Assembly: GCF_018350175.1 (NCBI RefSeq)
Contig: NC_058368.1
Location: 16,308,001 to 16,372,000 of the forward strand
Length of the DNA: 64,000 nucleotides
Reading direction: 5' to 3'
DNA from: Felis catus
Taxonomy: Eukaryota
The position numbers and the translations under genes are program-made. Of this stretch, positions 24,240 through 37,505 are shown one piece after another; the first letter of the stretch is position 1; every line of letters begins with the position of its first letter. The notes beneath the pieces are model-generated. The model had not been told where the DNA came from and did no database searches. It saw nothing but the letters and a program-made list of their open reading frames with translations.

Positions 24240-24720
24240 GCCCCCAAAAGTGAAGAATTTGTCTTGATGATATTCTCTCAGATGCTGGGACCCACATAGA
24301 TTGCAGACACCAGTCTGGGATCAGATTCAGAAAAAAGATGACTGGACTAGAGGCTTTTTATGTGTTGGTGTCCATGATGGTGACAGCTCCAAAGTTTATG
24401 TTATATTAGAAGAACTGGGGATGCTTAGCCCAGAGAAGAGAAGAGTCTGTTGGGGAAAGGAAGATAGTGGAGGAAGTATGTGATGGTTGGTATTAAATAT
24501 ATGAACGTTTTTTCAAAGTTGTTTCAAAGAGGAAATAGATTAACTTTTTTCTCCAGTTGGCAGTTATAGGAAACCAGCTTTCAATATGAGGGATGTTATA
24601 AGATCAGAGCTGTTCAATTAGAGATTATGCCTTTCCAACTAGTCCACTCCATGTTTGTAAACAAATTCAAAGACAAGGATTTTGTAGAGAGGATTTTCAT
24701 TCTTGAAGGAAAATTGAACT
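24240..24720. mobile_element. Probable ancient CR1/L3 remnant
   Basis: Degenerate CR1-like phrases (GAAGAACTGGGGATGCTTAGCCCAGAGAAGAGAAGA); by eye only. Confidence 0.45.
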
Positions 24721-24990
24721 AATTTGAAGTTACGACCAAGCTCCTATTGTCTGGTCCAACATTCAATGCATGAGCAGTAGGTTTTAATGCTTTATCACCA
24801 TGACAAATTCATGATTAACACAAAGATATTGGTGGTTTATCTTGGATTTATTATGGTGCTAAATACACACACATACACACACGCACATGCACTCATACAC
24901 AAAATTGGGTTCTCTACAGGCTAAGCTACCTCAAATCTCTTTCTTCACACAAGACAAGCTCCTCATTTATTTCAGTAATTGAAATTTTAC

Positions 24991-25055
24991 CTGCTGGGCA
25001 GCCTTTCATTCCTTCCATCCTCATATAACCAGGGCAACATTCATATAACACTGTC
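24991..25055 (-). CDS. POSTN: POSTN exon 3 (65 nt)
   Basis: TVLYECCPGYMRMEGMKGCPA; cag / GTAAAA. Confidence 0.97.
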
Positions 25056-25229
25056 CTGTAGGTCAGAAAAAAATTAATATTAAAATGGGAAACTACATAG
25101 AATTCATTTTGTTATAATCTTAGCAGAAACATACCACTTACTGTGATGATTTTTGAGACTCTAGAATTGTTTATTTCCTGATATCAAGTTATTTACATTA
25201 CTTTGATTTCTCTATACAACGTCATGGCA

Positions 25230-25460
25230 TTATAGAAAAGTTCCAGGATCTTGAGGCAGAAAAATGGGGTTTATGGTTCCCAGTTCTATACTTGGTGGAT
25301 GTATGACTTTGAGCAAGTAATTTAACAAATTCAAGTGTCAGTTTCTCCAACTATTTAACATGGATATAGTATCCCTGACACCTACTCACAAGCTAGTTGT
25401 GAGTCTCGAATAAAATGATGCGTTGGGAATCATTTCGTAAACTATACATGGTCAGAAATG
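25230..25460 (+). mobile_element. MIR remnant
   Basis: MIR core-like TATGACTTTGAGCAAGTAATTTAAC...TCAGTTTCTCC. Confidence 0.65.
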
Positions 25461-25931
25461 TTTATTAGTATAAGGTTATTAGAAACTAGAAACATCGGGA
25501 AATATATTAACCCCTTTCAATCAATAAAAGCTATTCTACTGCTAACTAAAATAATGCTATTTTACATTTGAATTGCCAGTAATTAGTTTGATCATACTAA
25601 ATACAGTCCTTAATTTATTTAATCCAATGTATTGTATTGTTTTCAAAGACAATACAATATTCAAGAAAATGCTATTCTGTTCATAGTTAACAAAGTGTAT
25701 TAAATTATATAAGGCATAATTAAGGCAACAAACTAGAAAATTCAGCAAAGATGTATCCAAATCAACTTTGTATAAATTACTATATTTTGTGGGAAAATAG
25801 TAACCTGAAATCATCTATCTAATTTCTTTTATTTTTTTACTTTATTAAAAATATTATCCTGATCTTCATTTTATCAAACTCCATTTGACATTTTCTGGTG
25901 TTCTTCAGATTCTAGCATAGGTAATATATTT

Positions 25932-26154
25932 TTTAAAATATTTTTATTTATTATTATTTTTGAGAGAGAGTGAGAAACAGAGCACGAGTGGGGGAGGAGC
26001 AGAGAGGGAGGGAGAGAGAATCGGAAGCAGGCTCCAGGCTCTGTGAGCTGTGAGCTGTGAGCACCGAGCGGACATGGGGCTCGAACTCACGAACCGTGAG
26101 ATTATGACCTGAGCCAAAGTCAGACCCTCAACTGACTGAGCCACCCAGGCACCC
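25932..26154 (-). mobile_element. Can-SINE, intron 2
   Basis: Reverse-complement SINE with small internal TGAGCTG duplication. Confidence 0.93.
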
Positions 26155-26645
26155 AGTAATATTTTTAATTAAAATTTTACATAATTCTCTGTTTCCTCTC
26201 AATAGAAATATGAAGGTGAATGCACAAAACAAAAATTGGAAATGGGGGAATATTATCACTGAAGAGGAGATATAGACCATTTTGTAATTTTTAATTGATA
26301 AATTCCATGTCATGCAATTTAAAATAATTACTTATAAGCTGGTTATCTTGCAATTTAGTAATTAAGCATGCATTAACTAGTTCAGATATTTTATTTTGGC
26401 TTTTTTCTAGTTGTGATAATTGTACTCAAGAAGTATGAGTAAATGAAAGAATATATTTAAGAGAAAGGTCATATTTTCTTAGAATGATAGAAATTACAAT
26501 AAAAGAAAACAGGAGAATATTAATGATATAAGAAATTATCTTATATAGCTTAAAAAGTAAATAAGCTTTTCAAATTGAAGCCAGGTCCATTAAGTGATTA
26601 TCCATGATTTGTGGCCCTGTTTGTCATCTTAGAATCCTATTTCTC

Positions 26646-26871
26646 AGGAGTGCCTGGGTGGCTCAGTTGGTTAAGCGTCCGACTTCAGCTCAGGTCACGA
26701 TCTCGCGGTTCGTGAGTTCGAGCCCCGCATCGGGCTCTGGGCTGATGGCTCAGAGCCTGGAGCCTGTTTCAGATTCTGTGTCTCCCTCTCTCTCGGCCCC
26801 TCCCCCGTTCATGCTCTGTCTCTCTCTGTCCCAAAAATAAATAAATGTTAAAAAAAGTTTTTTTTTAAAAA
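26646..26871 (+). mobile_element. Can-SINE, intron 2
   Basis: TSD AGAATCCTATTTCTC at 26631-26645 and 26872-26886. Confidence 0.96.
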
Positions 26872-29800
26872 AGAATCCTATTTCTCTATTTTCTTGATGT
26901 CAATTTAAAAAGTACAATGTAACATTTATTCATACCCATATATGCAGTAAAATATGAAACACAAATGAAAGAAATGTTTCTGGCATGGAATATTAACTTA
27001 AAGATAGTTGACAGATAAAACATGGACAAATTTAAGTGGGTAATGCCAATTTCAAATTGTTCTTCAATTTCAAAATAATTTCAAGAATAGTTGGTATTAG
27101 AAACATATGGAAACAATATGGGAACCTTAGGCAATTCCTAGCATGGCCTCTGAAATAATTTATTCACTAACATCCCCATATAAATAAATTTGAATACTTG
27201 GATGCCAAAGGACTGATTCAGAATGTTTCCACGTTAGCTTTAGCATATATTATACATGATTAAAAAACTGAGACACATATTTATTGGTCCAATATTGATA
27301 GTACAGGACTTGACGTAAAATAGTGAATAGAAGAGGAAATTGTTAAAGTAACAAAAATTTCTATAACACTTGCTAATATGAACCAAAGATTAGCCTTACC
27401 ATAGACAGTTCACCAGATGGAACAAAATTCCAAAATAATCAGTTGCAATTTAAACTGATAGTTGAACAATATGGTTATGTGAGTTGATATTTTAAAAACA
27501 AAAAAGTAGGTTTTTTCAGGAGATCATTTATTCTATACAAAACTTAAATCTCTCACATGGTTGGTAGAATGAAACAAGAGTAAAAAAGAATCATAACTGT
27601 GCACATCTCTGAAAGTGGAAAATCTATCCTCATTTTCTGAATAGTATCTAAAAATCTCATGAAAATGGAAGCTGAAAGGAAGACTACAAAACACTATGTT
27701 ATTCAGCCAATATATGTTATGGAAAATATCTTAAACTTGGGAAATTCATGTTTATCATTAGACCTGCCCAATTATTTCCTTCAAATCTGCAAAGCAACTG
27801 TTCAATGAGAAGACAAGCATTTCTGTCAACTGATACAAAGAGTCCTAAAGATGCCTCTGGAAATTTTAGCAGCTGCAAGCAGATGGCAAAACAGACATTC
27901 CTCTTGTCAATGTTATTGATTTATTTGATTATTTGAAGCTAGCAGCTAGCATTTATATTTATTTCAGAGCACAAATGTAAATATGGTTGTGAAAATGAAG
28001 CTACTTGGGGGAAAAAAGCTAATATAGTATAACAAAGGAGACACTGTTATGTTTCTGATAAAAAGCCAGGCTTCGAAACAGGATTTTCTTTTTTTTTTTT
28101 AATGGAGAGCAAGAAAGAATGTTGGCATGACCTTGGCACAAGCCTTGGCATCTCTAACCATGTTTAGATGGTTAAAGTGAGATTACATCATACTTTCCTA
28201 ACTTTCAGGAAGAATGCAGTAAAGATATCCCCTGAATATTTCAGACAGCAGGTCCTTTCTTATGTAGTTGGTGTGCATTCCAAATATGCCTCATGGTAAC
28301 CAAGAATGTGAACAAAGGAAGGAGAATCCAGAGTTTTGGAGTTCCCAGCTGGGGCCCAGCCTGCATTATGGCCAAGATCATTGCAATCACTGACTTGCAT
28401 TGTAATTGTGTGAATGACTCACAAATCCAGCAGATGTCTGCAAACAAGTAGGAATTAGATCCAGGCCAAAAAGTAACTCTATCAAATCAGTTGAAACTCT
28501 ATTAAGCAAATGAATAGGAAGAGGCAGCAAACTCCTGTGGTGTCCTAGACTTAGTTACCATGGGGAAGTAGAGTCCAGCTAAGGTTATATACATTGAATA
28601 TGTGATTTTTATCTGGAAATAAAGATAATCTTATGTATTTTAGGTAGGGATCTGGTTACAACCCCTTTTCCCACCCACATATATCCATTTGTTAAAGTAC
28701 TTTACACTTAAGGACAATCGATATTGTGAGTTACTTAGCGATTTCACAATCATCAAATCATTCTACCCACCCCCCACCCCCAGAAACTCTGTAAGTATAA
28801 AATCGACATTCACAGGTAAAGAAACAAAGGCTCCAAGAAGTTAAGTGATGCCATATTTAGTATTTGTACCAATACTATTAAGTTAGGAAGAAGTTTTTAG
28901 CAATCCCCCAACCTTCCACCTAAAGTTTAATGATGATCTACTAAGCAGGTTCTCATTCAGATATTTAATTCTCAAGGCATCCTTCATCAAGAGTGGAGTC
29001 CAAATTAATAGGAAGCACTCTTTTCTTGATCGGGAATGGTATCACTAATCTTTGTGATACAGCAACTTGCTCTTTCTATGACTCGGCTCCTTCCTTTTAA
29101 AATGAAGAATCAGACCACTCGAGTAACTCTCAACTTGTATATATGCTCAGGATTGTATTTTCCTACCAAGGTTTATTGATAGATTAAACCACTATGCATG
29201 TTTACCAAGTAATAAAAAATATTTTCTTCTAAGTAAAGAGTGATTGTCTTTTTGGCTATGGAAATAGTAAATACAATGATGGGGTTTACCACCTTTGTGG
29301 ACCTCTGGGGATCTGGCAGTGTGGGATGGAATAATTGGATTAAATGAAGAGACGAAACTTAAGTTCTTTCCAACTTCGAGTGTTGATGAAAACTTTGAGG
29401 TAAACTGGAGTAATTCAGATAATTTCCAAGTGATTGTAGGGAAACATTAATTAGTGCTTCAAAAATCCTGATATTTTAGATCAGTTTGTTTTTCTGGCCC
29501 ATTTTTTTTTTTTTTTTATAAAATGAGGAAACTGAGGAAACCATTTTTATAAAGTGAGGCATAGAGGTTAAGTGTCTTGCCTAAAAAAGAGGGCCAAACC
29601 AGGGTAGAAATGCCATAGTCTCCCACTGATTCCATACCAAATTACATGGCAATGTGATTGCCATCGACCTCTTTTGGACCTCTGTGACACATAGATTCAA
29701 GGCTCATGAGAGGTGCACTAGCAGAGGGAGAAATGCAGGGAGAATTCCTTTATTCACCTTTATGATATATATATATTTTGTTTTTAAAGCTTTCAATTTG

Positions 29801-29893
29801 GGAGAATATTTTCAAGAAAAATGATGCATGTGTCCAAGGAAAGGCGTAGTGTTGCTTTGGGGACTGGGACATTAAGGAAAAGATGAGACTTAC

Positions 29894-29992
29894 GTTTTCT
29901 TTCCACAGATGGCACCTTGGTACCAGTTCCTACAAGTGCTGAAGTATTTCTTTTTGGTGCCTAAAATCTGTTGAAGGGCACAGACATTTGGG
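29894..29992 (-). CDS. POSTN: POSTN exon 2 (99 nt; EMI domain)
   Basis: [33 protein letters not shown]; cag / GTAAGT. Confidence 0.97.
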
Positions 29993-31289
29993 CTGGAAGA
30001 CAGAGGGAAGGAAAGAGAGTCAGTGTCCCAACGACAACCAGTGTTTCATACCTTCAGGTCAGATGATTCAGAAAAAAAGTTAACATGTGGACTCAATTTT
30101 CAAAGATGTGATTCTAGTCTTGCAAAAATCTACTTCTTGATTCAATCATACTGAATCATTAGAAAAACTAAATTCTATGGGAGAGAAAAAAGAGAGAGGA
30201 AATTATACATCCTTGAGAGAACACCAGCATTTCAAAAGTTAATTTAGTAGGAATATTCAAGCAGCACTAAGTTCAACTTAGTTTTGTTGTCATGTGTGTC
30301 TTATTATTTCTAGTAGTAAGATAATCTACTGACCCTTCCTAAATCAAACATGTGCTCATTTGGGATTCTAATCTGGAACAATGGACTCTGGAACAGTGAG
30401 GAATCAGAAAGCAAAGAGACAAGTTTTCCTATGTCAAAAAACACCGCATTCTGTCATTTTCTAGGTGAGTAATCACAGAAGTAAATAAGTATTAAAATTA
30501 ACTTGAATAATATGGCTGCACAAAGGAAAATCTATGTCTTTGAGTGGAAATAGATCAGAACATCCTGTGCCAGAATTTTAAGTGTTTTTCTCTCTTAAAG
30601 AGATGGAAGTTTTATTTGCACTGTAAAGCAAAGGAACATTTGAGCATTGTGAAAATCTCTCTGAGACATTAGAAGAGTGCCAAGATCCATTTAAAAAAAA
30701 ATTATAAATGGTTAAGTTACTAAATTATGCCTGGTAACTTTAAAAATGCTAAGTTGTAGTTGGATTGATTCCAAGAAATATGTTACTTTTGCAAATTTTA
30801 CAGAATGCAGAATTTAAAAGCATTCTTAAATGCTTTAAAATATTTAAAGAACTAGTTCTATTACTCATTATTTTATTTTCATACATAATTTAAATGAAAA
30901 TTTCCTTAACATTATGTGAGATATTTCAAAGATAACTTACTTAATGAGAACCCTAACCATATATATTTTTAATTTTGGAAACCTCATTTCAGGTTTTTGG
31001 AAGGAAATAAAAATACAAATAAATAAAATAATAAATAAATGTCCCGTTAAATGTTGTCAATTAGATTAAAATTATGTAATGCTTCATAAAAAGCAATTAC
31101 ATGAAAATTACCTTGACAGAAATTTTTAAAGTTGAAAACACATTTATAAATCACAGAATACTCATTTTTATTGTTACTTTTTAGTAAATAAAAAAAAAAA
31201 AACCTGAGGCATATATAAGGAACTTTATGTATACTTACACATAAAACAAGCTAAGAAAAAAAAATTATAAAAATGAACTACTGACTTAC

Positions 31290-31408
31290 CCCTGATCCCG
31301 GCCCCTGATTCGGCTATGAGCCAAGATCTTGTCATAATGGCCATTGGCATTTGCAGAGTTAACAACAACCAGCAAGAGTAGAGAAAATATGGGTAAGAAA
31401 GGAATCAT
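31290..31408 (-). CDS. POSTN: POSTN exon 1 (coding part, 119 nt; signal peptide)
   Basis: MIPFLPIFSLLLLVVVNSANANGHYDKILAHSRIRGRDQG; donor GTAAGT. Confidence 0.97.
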
Positions 31409-31473
31409 CTTTAGTCTCTCCGTTACAGTTAGTCCACGAAGAGAACTGGCAGTGGGCTTTGGAGAGCTCAGAG

Positions 31474-31481
31474 TTTATATA
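31474..31481 (-). promoter_or_regulatory. TATA box of POSTN core promoter
   Basis: TATATAAA on the minus strand about 65 nt upstream of the ATG; implies a TSS near 31445-31450 and a short 5'UTR. Confidence 0.85.
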
Positions 31482-34400
31482 CATGTCAGAGTCGTGGGAG
31501 GGAGCACTGTATAACCTGGGAATCTGAGCTCTCTCCAAAAAACATCAGCAACTTCAATTTGGCAGCTAAAATGCACTTTTGTTATGTTTACTGAACACAT
31601 CAAGCATCTTTTACTTCTCATTCTGAAGAAGATATCTATTTTTATTTTTAAATAATTTATATTTCCCCTTAATAGCTGACTCCTTGCATGTTCATATTTC
31701 AGTTTTATTCTTTTGTAAGTTGGAGGGGTTTATGGAAAATGCTTTTGTCTGGGTTTTAAGGAATATTCTGCCATTCATCCCTTTCAGAGTATATGTCCCT
31801 GTGCTCAATGAGATCATTGTTTGATCTTATTACATCTTATCACATTTAGTTCACATCAGAACTGAAAGGTTATTATTTTTCACCAGGAACAAATGTAGAT
31901 GTAAGTTTGATAATTTTAAGGCAGTAATGGCTGTTGATCAAAAACAGATGTTGGATAGATTTAAAACTTGTACAAAATATGAAATAAGAATTCCGATTGC
32001 TGACGAAACACGGAGAAGAGACTACATTTTCCTTGCAATCCTACTAAACTGCGAGATACCTCCCACTTCGCTTATTTTTTAAAATATCAAGGAATAGATA
32101 GAGTTAACATAAATCTACTTCTGGCAAATTTTCCTAACTCTTGAAACGAAGCAGAAAAGAAAAACATTTGTGCTTTGTTATTTCTTCGTTACATACTTCA
32201 CACGATGATGAACTTGTCTAGGTCGCGCATCTGATAGCCACTGGGTGAAAGCAACCCCTGTTGGAAACAAATATTACTAATCTAGCTGTAATAGATTAAA
32301 CACATATAAGAAACAAAAGTATTGCCAGAATTATTCTTCTGATTTTACCGAGAGTAACTGAAGTCTCTTAATGTTACACGATGCGATTCCTATCCAAGAG
32401 AATATGCGTTCTCATCCCTCCACACATGATACGTCAAATGTTCAGAACCCTGGATAAAAGAAACCTGAATGTCAGATGTCAGCAATAAGCTGAAATGATA
32501 ACCTACAGTAAGACTCCTTGAATAAGTAAGTTTCACACTCTCCTAAAGTAAAAGTGTAATTCCAGTACCTCTTGTTGCAAAATTTTCCCTCTGTGATAGC
32601 ACATCAGTATTGTTTCCCACAGGCAATATGGAGAAATTTTGTACTAACCATGTTTTCCAATTGGAAGGGCTTTTGGGGGAGGTTGGTTGGGCCTGAGAGG
32701 ATTCCAGGTATCAGGAGAGTTACATTAAGCTTGCTATAGAATTTTGCTTTGAGGCACTAAAATAATTCTGTAAGTGGCTGCTAGTTTACTAAGAAAGCAT
32801 ACAATTAGACAATACATTCTGAAATATGATGCAGAGACCTGTTTGAAAATCTTGGTATGAAGGTATAGAAAATGAAACAGCAATTCAAAAGGAGACCTGG
32901 AGAAAAGAGGGCATCAAAATATAAATTAAATTCTGTCCCTGGCGCCTTGTGGGAAGAAAATTAATCTAACATTTATATTTCTCTGAGTGAAATTATTTTA
33001 ACTTCATCTCTATGTTACTGGTTTGCTTTATATAATAGGTTTCTATTATTCTCTTGTTGTGTAAATTGGTATGTGGTCAGTAATTATTTATTGAGTAGGA
33101 TCGGAAGACTGTTTTATGGAAATAAGGTCTTCTTAATGCCAGTAAATTAGCTGCTGGAATATTGTTGGTAACACAGTTATATAAAAATCTTCAATTCTAG
33201 ACTGGTTCGACATTATAATGTAGATTACTCATCTTCTAAGGCATAATAATGGAATTTTGGAATTATAGAAGGGTAAGTCAAACTCGTAAACAAATCTCTC
33301 CAACATCACCATTATAAGTAGTCATTCATTCTTTACTGGGATGCTCACTGCTGTTAATGCAACCCTTTTCCTCTTAGACAGCTGTAACCATTTATAAGCT
33401 TTTCTGTAATGAAGCTGAAATCCGCTTAAATCCAATGGGGTTCGATTGGAGAGGAAGGAGTGAGGTATTGGGAGAAAGAGTTATAGACTTGGATAATATG
33501 TATCAGGGGTAAAAGAGCTCTTTAAACACAGTCCAGAATGATGACAGACTTGATTATGACTACGGGGTGCAGGCAAAATAAAAAATTTCCTGTCACGTTA
33601 CCTCCTTTCTTAGTAGTGCCTGTGGTACATTGAAAAAATATTGATAATTTTTAAGAACAGTTTTGACCTACTTGTTCCTTGTTACCATTTTTTTATTCAT
33701 TCCTAGTTTTATCCATTGGAATAAATGGCTTCCATTCACCTGGATTCCTTCTGTGGTCTAAATGGACAAAGAATTGCATTCATATTTCAAAAAAGGACTG
33801 CACCTTTCTGACTGGAGACACAGGTTTACTTTTTATAAAACATGTGATATATGCTTATACACTAAAAAGTTTCTTAAATCTTTCTTTTCAGAGTTTCAAG
33901 TAACAGAGTCTTAATCCATCCTGGGCATCATACGGGAACTTGTATAAGTCCCATGGAAGTCAACAAATGCTACCCCTCAGCAAATATTTACACGCAGGAT
34001 AAGTAATACCATCAAGGACAATCTTGAAAATGAGGGCCAGACTGCACATAAACTACATGTAAATTTAGAGGGTGGAGAGGGTTTCAAAAGAAGGAAAACC
34101 TTAGTGTAAATATAAAAACATGAGAGTACTGCAACTGAAAAAGCCAAGCTCAGCTCGGGAGTGTGATACTATATGATATTATGGAGTAGTAGAAAGTCAA
34201 GCAACTGTTTTAGCCAGGATCCTAGCTTCTGGTAGACAAATTGAACCATAGTCCCTATCTGACAGTGCTGGGTAGGCTGAGGGAAGGAAAACAGTTTCAG
34301 AGAATGGGAGAAAAGATAGTCTAAGGTGTGGAAAAGGGAAAAATCTCTCTTGTCTGAGCGTTCAGCAGGGTCAATGTCTCTCTCATTCTTTCTCTCCACA

Positions 34401-35970
34401 CAGGGCCCTTATTCTTTTGCTTCATGAAAGGATCCTGCCTCTGGGTTGGCTACGTAATTTTATTAGTAGTTTGTAGGAGGGCTGAAATCTTGGCAATTGA
34501 ATCTAATTTTCAGGGTTGTAAAGTCTGACCTGGAAATGTAAGTCATTAATGAAAAGGAAGTGACTTATTATGCAACCAAAGAAAAATAATGTGTCTGAAA
34601 GATAGAGCCATTTGTTTCTAGCTATCAGGTTGCTAATTTATGGGCAGTTTTCGAATTATCCAGTGGATCTTTGCAGCAAGCCTTGTAGCCTCTGGAGACT
34701 GTGAAATCATCGTGATAGTATGCCTACTCTTGCTAGCATGTAACCAATATGGCCCACACACTGTAGGGTTGAGATTGCCTATGGATGCAACAAACCTGAA
34801 TACCCAGGCCTAGAGTAGATTTTTTAGAAGACATTTCCTTGGTTTGGAATCATCCAGAGTAGTTATTTGCCTCAAATTATGTATAAACTCCTGCTTTTGA
34901 ACATATGTTCTGTGGGATATTAAAAACATTTCTTGGAGCACCACATTGCTTTCTCTCTCGCCTATTCATAATAATTATAAAACATGATAAGGCCTTAAAG
35001 CTAATGTCACACATTCTTGGGGGCAGCATGACTGAGTGTCCAAATGCTTGGTTAGTGAAGGTCTTAGCCTTTTTTGGTACCTGGGTTTGCAGCCGTATAA
35101 ACTGAAGTTCTGACAAAGACCCAGTAATCTTTGTTTCCTTTGAGTAAGAGACAGTCAACAGTAGAAACAAATTCAAATTAAGCAAAAATTAAATTTTTCT
35201 TAGCTTTAAATATTAGCTAAAATATAGCTAAAAGAAAATTGAATGTCAGTGCCTGACTTAAAGAAGTCAGAATGGCAACGTATAAGCTCAGATACTTGTG
35301 GCTGACACACTGTAAAGCCTGTAAGTGGAACTTCCCAAGCCAAACTCCCAACATATTTCCAATGGATTAATCTCCTCTGCTTCCATAGATCTTCCAGGCA
35401 TGGTCTGGCTTACCATATTTAAGGTAATGAAATCATATTCAGAGAAAAAGATGACTAATTTGGCCCCAAAGTAAATGATGTCTCTTTAATGTTCATTCTT
35501 TTGGAAGCATACAGAAGGTTTTCGGTGATAAATGTGGGTAGTATGCCTTCTTTCTTAGTTAAATTTAGATGTTGTTTTCCTTTAAAAGCTTATCAAGTAA
35601 CAGATCTCACTTTAAAACTTAGTAATTAATGTAACTGTTGTCCCTCATTGAACTGAGCACTTCTGAAATTTTTAAACTGGGTACTTGTTATCAGTATTTC
35701 TTATTAACAATGTTTACTTGTATTTCTCTGGAGACATCTAGTGGAGAAAGTACAGTATGTGTTTCTAGAAGCACAGATACTATTACATTTTGATTTAAAG
35801 AATAATTTATATGAAATTGATATGAAAAAATCTTAAACATTTTATGTACATTTCAAAATGCCAAGTAACTGAAGATTAATAATGATCTCTTAAATAAAAG
35901 ATTTTAGAGCTGATTTAGATTAACCACACTAATGATGCCAAATCTAGATTAAAAAGTGAAAAATCTAGGG

Positions 35971-36170
35971 GGACAAAACATAAGAGAATCTTAAATACAG
36001 AGAACAAACTAAGGGTTGCTGGAGGCGTTTTGGGTGGGGGGGATGGGCTAAATAGGCAAGGGGCATTAAGGAAGACACTTGCTGGGATGAGCACTGGGTG
36101 TTACATGTAGGGGATGAATCACTGGATTTTACTCCTGAATCATTCTTGCACTACATGCTAACTAACTTGG

Positions 36171-36241
<71 letters not shown>

Positions 36242-36260
36242 AGAAAGAAAGAAAGAAAAA
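35971..36260 (+). mobile_element. 5'-truncated L1 3' end with poly(A)/(GAAA)n tail
   Basis: Matches the reverse complement of the L1 3'UTR at 43160-43320; TSD GAAAAATCTAGGG at 35958-35970 and 36261-36273. Confidence 0.93.
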
Positions 36261-36270
36261 GAAAAATCTA

Positions 36271-36488
36271 GGGTGCTTGGGTGGCTCAGTCAGTTAAGTG
36301 TCCGACTTCGGCTCAGGTCATGATTTCACAGTTCATGGGTTCAGGCCTCATGTTGGGCTCTGTGCTGACAGCTCAGAGCCTGGAACCTGCTTTGAATTCT
36401 GTGTCTTCCTCTCTCTCTCTGCCCCTTCCCCACTCATGCTCTGTCTCTCTCTGTCTCTCAAAAATAAATAAATGTTAAAAATTTTTTT
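36271..36488 (+). mobile_element. Can-SINE
   Basis: Head, CT tract and A tail; TSD AAGT(G/T)AAAAATCTA at 35954-35967 and 36489-36502. Confidence 0.94.
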
Positions 36489-37284
36489 AAGTTAAAAATC
36501 TAGTCTTTTTTTTTTATGTGACTGAACAATGAATTGCTTTACTTTTTATCTGAGATTTTTGTTGTTGTTCTACACTGACATCGACTATTGACAAGAATAA
36601 GAAATTGTGACAGATTTTTCAACTTCACATAAATGATCGGAAATAATAGTCTGTTTTACTCACTGGTTCCCTTCACATTTACAAACCCTTTCTTTCTCAT
36701 CTCTGGCATCCTCGATACTGTTAACATCGTGCCTTTCATCTTTTCTCTCATTTATATCTGGACAAGTTTGTTTCAGAGACTGCTAAGACCCTAGTCATCA
36801 CATCTGTCTCCCGCTCACAAATAACTTCTAATATTCTTTCATATCAGACTGTAAGATGAAGGGGTGCATAATTACTGCAATCAGGAGAAATCTGTAGATG
36901 GCCAGAGCTTGTAGTAGGAGGGTTTCATCAGCCCATCTGGCATATTTAGTCTGATTAAAGAATGATTCAAATTATGATCACTTTATAATTAATAATCACC
37001 CACTTATCACCTTCTTGGGCCTCTTCTCTCTGAAACAGAAATATTTTCAGGTCCCACACTCAGATGGCCATCTGCTGATATCCCTTCTGTTTATTTGTCC
37101 ATGTCAACATTGACCTCAAATTCACTTCATCTTCTATTTCCAGTGTTTGTAATACGTGGTATATATTCTCTCTCTCTCAACTTCTGAAAGGCTTCTTGTA
37201 CTTCTTCCGGGGGCAGGGGGAACAGAAATTTTACTTCTCATTTTCTAACTATAATGTGTCTGGTGTCCTCAAAGACACTGAATA

Positions 37285-37505
37285 GGGGCGCCTGGGTGGC
37301 GCAGTCGGTTAAGCCTCCGACTTCAGCCAGGTCACGATCTCGCGGTCCGTGAGTTCGAGCCCCGCGTCAGGCTCTGGGCTGATGGCTCAGAGCCTGGAGC
37401 CTGTTTCCGATTCTGTGTCTCCCTCTCTCTCTGCCCCTCCCCCATTCATGCTCTGTCTCTCTCTGTCCCAAAAATAAATAAACGTTGAAAAAAAAATTTT
37501 AAAAA
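37285..37505 (+). mobile_element. Young Can-SINE (SINEC_Fc type)
   Basis: TSD AAAGACACTGAATA at 37271-37284 and 37506-37519; nearly identical to the copy at 2596. Confidence 0.97.

Larger units (their letters stand above)
1350..31450 (-). other. POSTN: Periostin gene, exons 1-21 (3' end, exons 22-23, outside window)
   Basis: 21 exons join in frame into signal peptide + EMI + 4 FAS1 domains + C-terminal repeat region. Summed CDS is 2431 nt and every intron is GT-AG. TSS is estimated from the TATA box. Confidence 0.99.
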
